64,000 nucleotides of DNA from Eledone cirrhosa (Eukaryota): NCBI GenBank assembly GCA_964016885.1, contig OZ024747.1, positions 38,254,001-38,318,000 on the forward strand, written 5' to 3'. Below the pieces are notes generated by a model, which made no database searches, was not told where the DNA came from, and saw only the letters and a list, made by a program, of their open reading frames with translations. A program made the translations under genes and the position numbers. Positions 1 to 11,360 of the stretch are shown one piece after another; positions within the stretch are counted from its first letter, which is position 1, and each line of letters begins with the position of its first letter.

Positions 1-57
1 GGCCGACCGCCACAGTTTCGATTTTTCCAACCTACTAATCGTATTTATATACATATA

Positions 58-130
<73 letters not shown>

Positions 131-759
131 GGAAAAAATGAAACGGAATTTCATTTCTCACTCTTAGTATGTATACGTACATACATATATGTATACAGAC
201 GTACAATCGTATGTATATATATAATACATGCACACATATATACGTACATATATATATGTGTGCATGTATGTATATATATACATACTACTGTACGTCTGTA
301 TACATATATATATAAATATATATATAAAACAGTAACTACATTTCCTTATATCTTAGTACATGTAATGGTACAATGGTACAAATGAAGAGCAAATGAAGAG
401 CAGGAAACAATAATATCATGCGTAATCTAATACAGTAAGACTACGAATAAGTAATGTTGGCACGTTTCAAAGAAGAAATAAACGTAATGCTTTTAAATAT
501 TCCTACTAATATAATAATAGAGACTTTTACAGATATCGAGCGTAAAAAGAGTAAACTTTTTGTAAGTATGCAATATTATTATTAAATGAAAATGTATGTA
601 TGTACATGCAAATATCCATAAAACCGTACTAATTCTCATATCTGTTGAAATAGTCTTCTTCATAAACATTGATTAAGACTCGTATAGAAATTAGTATACA
701 AGTATATATGCACATGTATTCTAAGTATATATGCACATATGTATGTACCCGTAATTCCC

Positions 760-1003
<244 letters not shown>

Positions 1004-1015
1004 AAGAGAGAGATA

Positions 1016-1143
1016 GAATCGACTCCAGTATTAGACTGGGACTTTTATTTTCGATCTTGAAATGATGAAAGGCAAAGTTGACCCCGGCGGGATTTGAACT
1101 GAGAGCAGAGAGCCGAAACGAATACTACGAAGCTCTCTAACGA
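1016..1143 (-). mobile_element. Diverged tRNA-derived SINE (family S1)
   Basis: gatgaaaggcaaagttgaccccggcgggatttgaact core shared with the other S1 copies. Confidence 0.75.
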
Positions 1144-2598
1144 CTGTTTTAACAACTACTCAAGTGTTAAACCTATATGCAATGTGTGCTAATAAATATA
1201 TTATGCTCAGATATTACATCAAATCTCTATGAAAATTAGGTAAGATCTAACGATGAAAGAGATAGTATGCAACGGAATGAAGGAAGGTGCTTTTATTTAA
1301 TTCCTACCATTTGGGGTAAAGAAAATGGCCTACAAAAGCATAGTCCAAATACGGATAGTTATTATAATTCAACCGCTGTGAAATGTATGCACCCTCATTT
1401 GAGCTCAAAGGCACACAAGAAATTAATTTATGCATAGCCGAATGCTATTTTTTCAAAGCTGAATCTATATGAGTCACTACTTGGAATATTTAATTTTAGT
1501 CTATTATTCGATTGTCGTAGTTTTCTCACATTTATTATATATACATCGTGTGAAGTTGATCAAGTGATACTGAAACAACATTGGCAGTTTTACTAGTTGT
1601 GTAGTTGACGATGTGTGAAAAACACAAAAAACACTTTTCTAAGAATTGCTACAGGGTGGAGTTTATAGATATAGATATAATATATATATTTCAATCAGTG
1701 TGAATAAACACTTGGTTGTATTTGGATCCGTGTCTACTGTGAATATTAAATTAAGTTCTTTGAAGTTGTTGATAAAGGTTTTTCAGCAAATTACATAGTG
1801 TGCGATAATTCATATTCTTTGATACAATGGTCTCATGATTATATACTTAAATGCGTAAAATATATACGGGCCTATTATTTTTCAAGTCACAGATGAGGAT
1901 TTATTAACGATTGGTAATGCAGGTGATGAACAATCATTTTTTTTTTTTTATCGATAGGGATTTTTCAAAGGAAAGTAACCATCGAGCTGCGTACATTATT
2001 ATATTGATTTTTTGGTTTGTGTTTGTGATGTAGTTTTAGCGAAGTTGAAATTTTTTTAAGCCAGTGATTTGGTGATTGAAGTGTAGAATATCGATTATGT
2101 CAAATTACGTAAATTATCACAGGTGAATACTATAGATATTAGTGACACCATCGTATTATTTGTATTACAAATCATGGGGCTGTTACATGAATGAAAGTTC
2201 GTTATATATTTTTTATATTGCTTGTTATTTATGAAATTCTGTATTCAGTATGGGAGACTATAGCTAGAGAGGGGTGTGCAGGAAGGGCAAGCACAACACA
2301 TTTTAATCTGTGTATATATGTATATATATATATATACATATATATAATGCAACAATGATAAAAGTATTCATTCTGTCGGACTAAAGAAAACAAAATCTTA
2401 AATATATTTCTCCGCATTTTTTTAAGACTGAATAGTGAATCTTGTTACTCTTGAGTCTCACCTATGATGTACAGGCGAAACTCCAGAGTAACAATACTCA
2501 CTAGTCAGCCTTTAAAAAATGAATATTAAAACTCTACTTCAGAAGTGAGTACTCTTTCCTCTGAGCCACCAATCATATACGGATATATATAGATATAT

Positions 2599-3501
2599 GT
2601 GTGTCAGAAAAGTTCCAGGACTGACGTCACAAAAGATTTATTTCAAACCCAATCTTCACACTAAGAGTTTTCTCCTTCAAGGTAATCCCCCTGGAGTCTA
2701 ATGCACTTTTCCATCCTTTTCTGCCACACTTGCATGCACTCCTGGAAGGATTCTTCCTGGATCCTCCGCAGGTCCGTCGTCACGGCCTTTTTGATGTCGT
2801 CCACGTCTTCAAAACGGGTCCCCTCCGCGTCGTACTCGAAGATCCATGACTCTTCACCGGTGATGACTGTCCCTAGCAAGTCTGGATCGGTTTCAAGACG
2901 CTCGAGGATGTCCTGTCACACTTCTGGTCATCGTTCAGCAGTTTTGGCACCATCTTCGCGCAGAGTTTCCGCATGTCCAAATCTTCAGTGAGAATCTTCC
3001 AGACGTTTTCCCGATTCATGCAAGCCCATTTGCCATCAGTCGAACAGTCAGCCGACAATCGCTACGCACCATCTGCCTAACGCGCTCAACGTTGACCTCA
3101 GTCCTGGTTGTTGAGGGCCTTCTGCTCCTGGGGTCATCTTCCACGTTATCGCGTCCTTCTTTAAACCTCTTGCACCACTCAAAACCACGTGAGCGTGACA
3201 TCGTCTCATCTCCATACACTTGCTGCAGCAATCTTAGTGCTTCTGACGGAGTTTTCCCCAACCGTACCAGAAATTTCAAGTTTGTTCGTTGCTCTGTGCT
3301 CATTGCTTGACGACCTGAAACAGACGGCAAGAGGACATGTATATAAAATTATGAAGAAACAAGTTTGATCGTTGCAGGGAGCTAAGATTACAGTTACATA
3401 CTCCAGGGAGATTACTTTGAAGTGGAAAACTCTTAGTGTGAAGTTTGGGTTTGAAATAAATCTTCTGTGACATCAGTCCTGGAACCTTTCTGACACACCT
3501 C

Positions 3502-3502
<1 letters not shown>
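2599..3502 (-). mobile_element. Tc1/mariner DNA transposon, internally deleted, with ~100-bp TIRs
   Basis: 2599-2698 (gtgtgtcagaaaagttccaggactg...ctggagt) is the reverse complement of 3400-3502. The right end is followed by TA and both flanks are TA-rich. Confidence 0.92.
2661..3303 (-). pseudogene. Mariner transposase pseudogene (frameshifts, catalytic core mostly deleted)
   Basis: Fragments EQRTNLKFLVRLGKT..VYGD..WCKRFKEGR..DDPRSRRP (HTH), CAKMVPKLL (WVPxxL-like) and VITGEESWIFEYD join directly to C-terminal RFEDVDDIKKAV..CIRLQGDY. Confidence 0.9.
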
Positions 3503-3556
<54 letters not shown>

Positions 3557-3558
3557 TA

Positions 3559-3594
<36 letters not shown>

Positions 3595-3678
3595 TATGTT
3601 AATAAATATATATATTAAATATATATATATATATATATATAATATATATATAATATATATATATATATTAACATATTA

Positions 3679-3741
<63 letters not shown>

Positions 3742-4290
3742 CATATTTATACATATATATATATTAATACGTTAATTTTAAAAACTATTCTGTCGAGAGC
3801 TTAATTCGTTTTTGTGATATTTTGCAATTTTGCAATAAGCACAAATACTGAATGCATCCGCCAAGACTAGGGGTTCTCTCCCTTCTAACCCCCCACGTGG
3901 GTTCAGATAACGGTCAGTTATTTAGCTTTGCATAGAATTAAATGCCTGTTGAAAAAGTGTTCGATCATCATACCAAAAGCTTAACGTTATTTGTTTAAGC
4001 AGACAGTACCTGATTTAGGAGTTGCAGAAACCCCATATTGGATTTTACCACCGTTTCCAAAATGGTCCGGGTATAATTTTCAATCATATTTTATTATTTG
4101 TTTGAGCCGAATAGCTTGTTCGCTTCTATGGCTTTGCGGTTAATGGTTTAACCATCGTCTCAGTGTATTTGGCCTTTTAACGCATGTTGTTGTTTTAGTT
4201 CACCCGTTTCTATGAAGCGCTTGCCACACATCTTGGAAGTTGTTTTTCGTTAATTTCCAATAGCCGAAATGCGATTCTCGCTAATTTATA

Positions 4291-4348
<58 letters not shown>

Positions 4349-4597
4349 GGCGATGAATTAGTTTTGCGAGGTTTTTGATATGAAATCGTCTTGCGAAACA
4401 AATATTGTTATACTTGGGGAGGGTGATATTTGTGTAATAGTATTGACAGAATTAATAACAGAACACACTCACTGTTTGGTTGGTTTTCGCTTCTGTGTCT
4501 TTTATATCGGTTAATTTAATTAATCGGTCCTAAATGTTGCCATTGACTGACCAACGGTCAAAAATACAGATATAGACACAAACACATATATATAGTC

Positions 4598-4641
4598 TAT
4601 CAAAGTTCTTTCGTTGCACATCTGCAACATCGTCAGTGGTG
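4598..4641 (-). ncRNA. Minimal type-I hammerhead ribozyme motif
   Basis: Minus strand: CUGACGA u GUUGCA gaug UGCAAC GAAA gaac UU. Stem I is imperfect. Confidence 0.65.
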
Positions 4642-4874
4642 CTATTATGTTTCCTCCAGTTGCATTGTATGCTTACGCCATCTTTATTTAGTCTGTTAAT
4701 TTATTTATTTATTTGTTTGTTTTTTTCTTCTCTGCGCATGCGTTTGCGTGTATGTATATTGTTTTGTTTGATGTGTGTTCTTGTTTGGGTGACTCTGTAT
4801 TGGTTAATGTATTCTATCTTAGTTTACTAGTGTGTGTTTATATGTGTTTGTTGTTATTGTGCTTGTGTATGTGT

Positions 4875-4879
<5 letters not shown>

Positions 4880-4905
<26 letters not shown>

Positions 4906-6790
4906 TTGATACTTCTCTTAGCTTAGTGTTGTTTGTTTGGGTGTTGTTATTCCATTCATTTTTTTTGTTTAGCCTTGGCCTTCTAAGTTCTATTTCGCTG
5001 GCCTCTCTGATTTGCTTATCTGCTGGGTCATTTCTATGTTTAGAGATTATTCTAACTTCTATGTTGTTTATGTTACCGCTGTGTTGTTGTCTGGCATGTT
5101 CGTATAGTACTGAACCGTTTTTTCGCGCCCTTAGTTCCCCCAGTGTTGGTCTATCCTTTCACCTATGCTACGAGCTGTCTCGCCTATGTATGTTGTTGTC
5201 ATGTTTCTGCAAGTACCCTCTGTACATCTTATGCTATAGACTACGTTTCTAGTTTTACAGTTTCTCCGGGGGTTTACTCTACATATGATACATTTCCTAT
5301 TAGTACAGTGGGTTTTCTTAAAAGGGTAGGTTTTGCTGATCAGGGATATGGTTAGCTAATTTCCCTCCAGGGGTAGCGTCCACAAACATGACACTCTGGT
5401 ATCTCTGGTTGTCGTACCATGAGGTGGCTTTCCCTATCTTATGTCTAGTCCTATCTAAGCTATTCCATGATTTGCTCCTGTATAGTGAGCAAATTCCTTT
5501 CATGTCCAGTTCTATGGGGGTCTTATACTTCTCCGTGGCTCCTTCGTATACTCTGATTCTGTCTCTTTGGTTGTAGCCAGAGAACTGCATGCGGTTGATG
5601 AAGTGTTGGATGTGTATTTCCATTTCTGTTGAGTCACACATGCGGGACACGTTCTTCATCATTCGTACCAAGTCTGCGATCAGAATATTAAACTTAGCAC
5701 TACTGGACATTGCTGAGTTTTTGAGTATCAGGTATTTGGAGGCCATGGGTTTAGCATAGAGTGAGTGGAGAATTTGGGCTCTCTCGTCTATAGTGTTAAT
5801 CCAGATTTCCGTGTCTAATACAGGTAGTCTATTGTTAGGGTGTGTGGAAGGGTAGTCGATAGTTACAGTTATACTCTGGTGTATGGAATTAGCTATCTGC
5901 TGGATGCTCTCCATTGTGCTACGTTCTAAATCAAACTTGTTAGTGCTCTCTTGTGGGGATGTCCTTATTACCATGTTGATGTCGTCTACATAACGGGAGT
6001 ACATGATGAGGTCTATGGAGCTCTCATCAAGGAGATTTTGAGTCTCCTTTCCCACCATACCATAAAAAGGTTGGCAACGTCACCAGCTATGCTGACGCCA
6101 ATGACTGCTCCCTCATTTTGGGTGTAAATCTTCTCGTTGAACTTGAATATGTCCCCCTTTAGGGTAGTTTTGATACTAGCCCCTATTGCATGTGCGACCA
6201 TTTTTCTTACCTGATCATTGTTTTGGGGGGTCCGTATAGCTTTGGTCCACCCAATCCACCTTCCCATGGGAGTCTTTTTTGGCATTGAGGTTATGGTGGG
6301 GCTCTACCTCTTATGGGTCTACGGGGACAGAAACGTCTAAGGTCATGGATGTCTAGGTAGTCAGTGTCGTAGGTAAGTCTAAGTGGGAGGCCCAGTTCGC
6401 CTGGGTCGACGTCGCAGAACTTCACCTCACTCTCAGTGATCATCTCCACACATTTTTCCACAGCAAAATCAATGTTAATGTATGGGTACAGTGATACCAC
6501 ATCCATACTGCCTATTATGCAGTTGGATAGGTTCCTGTTTTTGTTGCACTCACTTCACTGATTCTGCTGAGGAGGTCCTCTGTACTGTCACATACATCTG
6601 GGGACATCTTGATTATGGGGCGTATAAACATTGTGAGGAAGTAGGGGATCCTGTAGTTGCTAGCTATATTTGCTCCGCATACAGGTATTGTTGGTGGTCC
6701 TGTTGTCGGGTTGTCGACTGTCTTGTGGTCTTTGCGGAGCCCATACAAGGGTGGTATGCCATTGTTGAACGCCTGGAAGTTGTTGGCAGT
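4880..6790 (-). pseudogene. PLE reverse transcriptase + GIY-YIG endonuclease, frameshifted
   Basis: LYGLRKDHK, MDVVSLYPYI, YTQNEGAVIG, YSRYVDD, LPVLD, then CxxxxCxxC..VVYSIRC..YIGETARS. Confidence 0.9.
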
Positions 6791-6889
6791 GCGTCTGCGT
6801 CTGCGACAAAAAAATAAACAAATAAATAAATAAATAAACAAACTAAATAAAGATGGCGTAAGCATACAATGCAACGGGAAGAAACATAA

Positions 6890-6935
6890 TATCACCACTG
6901 ACGATGTTGCAGATCTTCAACGAAAGAACTTTGAT
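6890..6935 (+). ncRNA. Minimal type-I hammerhead ribozyme motif (inverted pLTR copy)
   Basis: ctgacga t gttg..caac gaaa gaac tt tgata. Confidence 0.6.
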
Positions 6936-7130
6936 AGACTATATATATATATGTGTTTGTGTCTATATTGTATCTGTATTTTTGACCGTTGGTCAGTGAA
7001 TGGCAACATTGAGGACCGAATAAATTAAATTAACCGATATAAAAGACACAGAAGTGAAAACCAACCAAACAGTGAGTGTGTTCTGTTATTAATTCTGGAA
7101 ATACTATTACACAAATATGACCCTCCCCAA

Positions 7131-7194
<64 letters not shown>

Positions 7195-7198
<4 letters not shown>

Positions 7199-7732
7199 TT
7201 GAATTTCGTATTTCTAAAGAAATATGATATGTTTATAAATAAGCATTTAGAAAGCCATAGCTATAAATAACACACTGGCAACTAACGCCACTATTTTCGA
7301 AATCAACTGGTCCTCGTCGGGACGATCTCTCCCGCTCTTGCAACTGCCGGACTTTGAAAACAGGCGAAACTATATAGTTTTTTCGTCTGTGCAAATGAGT
7401 TGATTAACGTCATTTGCATATGAAGCTGTATACGTTTTCTCAACTTATAATAGAATAGAATTAAAATTTAGCTTCGAACATAGATGAAAGTCCGGCACTT
7501 GCAAGAGCGGGAGAGATCGTCCTGACGAGGACAAGTTGAGATCGAAATGCATCGACCAGTGTCTCCCTTGCTTCTGCTGCGCACCGCTTGGTGGCGTTAG
7601 CTGTCAATGTGTTATTCATAGCTATGGGTTTCTAAATGTTTATTTATAAACATACCGTATTTCTTTAGAAATACGAAATTCAAATACATATTTGTATACA
7701 GCTATGTTCGAAGCTAAACTCTAATTCTATTA
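7195..7732. mobile_element. Non-coding HHR-bearing element (retrozyme-like), inverted dimer, family R1
   Basis: 7195-7355 is largely the reverse complement of 7485-7688. Related to 28272-28934. Flanked by (TA)n. Confidence 0.75.
7519..7556 (+). ncRNA. Type-I hammerhead ribozyme
   Basis: gtc CTGACGA gga..tc GAA atgcat C gac: stem I gtc/gac, palindromic stem III atgcat. Confidence 0.75.
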
Positions 7733-7830
7733 TATATATATATATATACAGATTAAATATGCTGTCATATCAAATAAATAATGCACATACAAGTTCTGAA
7801 AAGGAATATTAAGTGCTTCTTTAATATAAT

Positions 7831-7926
7831 TGTTTCTACTTTTGGCACAATGCCAGCAATTATCCTAGTGTATTACTGGTACTTTATTTTATCGACCCCG
7901 TAAGGATGAAAGGCAAAGTTAACCTC
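7831..7926 (-). mobile_element. 5'-truncated SINE S1 with 18-bp TSD
   Basis: TSD gtgcttctttaatataat at 7813-7830 and 7927-7944. Confidence 0.9.
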
Positions 7927-8006
7927 GTGCTTCTTTAATATAATGTCTTTGAGATTCGCACTGTGTATGTATGCGTGTGTGTACGTGCATGTATGTGTGT
8001 GTGTGT

Positions 8007-8093
<87 letters not shown>

Positions 8094-10539
8094 AATGGAA
8101 AGTTTACGAATTGTGTAGTAAGATTGGAATTTCAAAGTATGATTTTCTATCATGTACATTACTAAAAACGCTACTTTATGTAAGTAATCGAAGTGATATA
8201 GTCAATGTTTAGAGTGTAAAGAAACCAATGCTAATATTAACCTATCATATATTTATGTTATTCAAAATCTAAATAACTTCTTAGATTTAAATTCATAACT
8301 AATTCAATATTATTAATGAATAATTTTCTCGTGCCCCATATAAATTTTAAACTGTTTTCCAAGAATTTATGAGGGCATATAGAGTACACAAATGTTATGT
8401 AACTCAAGGATAGATAGTAATTATAATTGTAATTTTATTATAGGGCCCCTTTTGTTCGGATTTATGATCAAAACAGTTCCAGCTATCACTATACTATAAT
8501 ATCGTATCAAGGACTACATTGTCTAACGTGTTTACCTTTAATACGTTACTTTGTATTTGAGAATCATTTGATTTTTATTTCTAGCAGGTCAAGTAACTTC
8601 CTAGAACGGTTGTTGTTGGTAATGATGATGATAATATTCATGCATAATATTCATGCATAATATTCACCCATAAGTATTAGGGTTATGAATGTACTGTTTT
8701 ATCGTGGTTCAATTATTTATAAAAAATGTTTCTCTAATATAGAATCTTGTCATATACATAACTATGCAATCTAATATGCAAGCACAATCAAGTACTTACT
8801 AACGTATATGTGTATGTGCATGAGTATACATATGAATTTCTAGATAGTTATAAAAAAAATTGGGAAAAAAGCAGAAACATTTTAAGGAATTACATTCTTT
8901 AGATATCTCTGTTTATGAGAAAGAAACACTGATCAAATTTGCATAGGAAATGAAAATCCATCTGAATATTGGTTTCTAGTTATATTCAGTTGCCCTTCGG
9001 AATCTTTCATTTCCTAACATACGAAATTAAACAAATTTGAACACATCATTTCTGCTTATTCCATGGTTTCTGAAGAAATGTTTTTTTTCTTTCTGTTTGT
9101 CTTTAACATATCAATCACTGTTCCAATATAAATAAAAATATAGAGTTTAACACTGATATTTTAAGACCTGACAAACTGAATAATATATGTATTAAACTCA
9201 ATAATAGATGTATTGAAAAAGTTAGTTTTTACACTTATCCATTATATGTTTATTTGCCATTTAAATGCAAAATATATTACTTCTTGGTCCTGGTTAATTA
9301 GAAAGCGATCGATTGGCAAAGAGACAACAAGGCAAAATCTATTTATTTGATTGACAGTTATAAGCCATACCATATCAACACACATTTAAACAGCAGTATT
9401 CTTCACGAAAGATGATATATTTTATATTAAAAACATTCAACACTTAATCACGTTCATCAACCGACGAACGAATTCAGATCGTCTTGCAAAATGTCAAAAT
9501 GACCGTATCAGTATTAATTGAAGAATTAAAATCTAATCGACTCTTATTCATATAAAAAATATATAAATTTGTAATAGCAATAAAGCTTCAGAATTTTCAA
9601 AAATGAAATAAATCTGATCTAATTAATTTGCTGATCTTTGATTTCTGAAGTGCGCTGTTGAATGAACCAAAGAAAATATATTTCATTATTCTGGAGGCCA
9701 TTAAAATAACTATAATGTTTTATATCTGATCGTGTTTGCACCCTAACTCTACAACTCTTCACTGCATTGCTGACTCCAATAGCAACGCACCTATCCGGAC
9801 CTGCAAATTACACTTTCCATTCTGAGCTTTATTAACCCGATCTTTTCCACAGATTTGTTTTAAAAAAAGTCTTCACTTATCTCTAATTTTGATAGATAAA
9901 CATCATAGTATGCTTCCCTATTATATTCAACTTCGATCTCCTTAGTCAATTACAGGGCCAGTATGATTGCCCCTGTAAGAGTTTTCTTTAATGTTCACGA
10001 CATATTTTTAATTAGAATAGTAATTTTTATCAAATAGAAATTATTTTGGGCTACGAAGCTTAAATATTGTAATCTCCACCTAGTTAAGTGTTCGACTATT
10101 TGCATGATCAGACTTTCAACCCTTTAATTAATAAGTATTGCTGTTAGTATTATTCCTATTGTTTTTACCCTGCTTGACAAAGATTTCCACCAGTGACGAC
10201 CCCGTCTTTTTTCAGGACTACATTATGTAACGTGCCGTTTTCCCATATAGTTGCATGGGCTTCGTGAGAGATTATGTTTCTATTACGGACCAGTTGATGG
10301 CTAGTATAACGCTCTCTGGCTGGCTGATTGTTACCAAAGACGATATTACTTGAATAAGTGGTATTACATTTCCACTCACGTCTAGTTAGTTACACTATCT
10401 CCCACGCCAATGTTACTCGTTCCATTTGTTATAGTTCTCAGCATTGAAGAACAATATATAAGTACCCACACGAAAAATAAAATAAAACACAATGTAATAT
10501 ATAGAGCAAACTAGCTTTTACAGCTTTATTAATATTTTT

Positions 10540-11310
10540 CTAAACTTTAGAATCTAAATGAACACAGTTTCCAAAGCGTTGAAAGATAAAAAAATATATG
10601 AAATCACCAAGATTCCATGCCTGGTCAAACATTTTGTCCTTTTTAAGGTTCATGCTGAAGCATGGCCTTGTTTGGCTGCACCAGCGAAAGAGTTTTTTTT
10701 TGTTCGCAGTGTTGTTGCTGGACACATTGATGTCATTACTATTGGTGATGTTGTCGTAGGTGTTGTTGTCGTTCTTCTTCGTCTAGTAATTGTTGTTGGT
10801 GTTGTTGTCATTGATTCAGTTGGTGTTGGTAGTTCTTAGTTCAGATATTGATGTTGTTGACGTTGTTGCAGCTGTTGTTCCTGTTGTTGCTTTCCCTTGT
10901 TTCCTTTTTACTGTTGTTTTTGGTGTTGTTGCTACTGGTGTTGCTAATATCGTTGTTGGTGTTATTATTTATGTTGTGGTATGTTTTGCTATCAGTAGTT
11001 GCATTATTCATAATGGTGGTGCTGGTTGGGGACGGTGTTTTTCTTCCCAACGTTTAAGCCGCTGTCACACGACAGCAGACTCAAGGTTAGGAGCATGGCT
11101 CAGCCATGTTTCTTGAAGAAAAGAAATGTAACAAAATAGTTCAAATATTCGGGCCCAAAGGCCCAAATATTGCGGGGCCGCCTTTACAAAGGCCAATGAA
11201 TGGAAACTTTTATACAGTACGTGAAATAAACTTTTAACAAATTCCACTTTGAAACAACTCAAAATAACATTCTGGAGCCGATGTGAATACGACTGTCGGA
11301 AAGGAGCAGC
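10540..11310 (-). mobile_element. L1/Tx1-like LINE copy A: 5' UTR and ORF1 N-terminus only
   Basis: RPCFSMNLKKDKMFDQAW matches RPCFNMDLSNKDEKLAQAW in ORF1 of copy D. Start context aaacATGGCTGAGCCA is shared with D. Asn-rich tract. Confidence 0.75.
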
Positions 11311-11360
11311 AAAATAATAGTAGCTATAATAACAACAACAACAATAATAATGATAATAAT

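Larger units (their letters stand above)
4345..7131 (-). mobile_element. Penelope-like retroelement (Neptune-like) with inverted pseudo-LTRs, inserted in (TA)n
   Basis: About 4410-4745 is the reverse complement of 6790-7131. Internal RT and GIY-YIG remnants; (TA)n on both sides. Confidence 0.9.
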
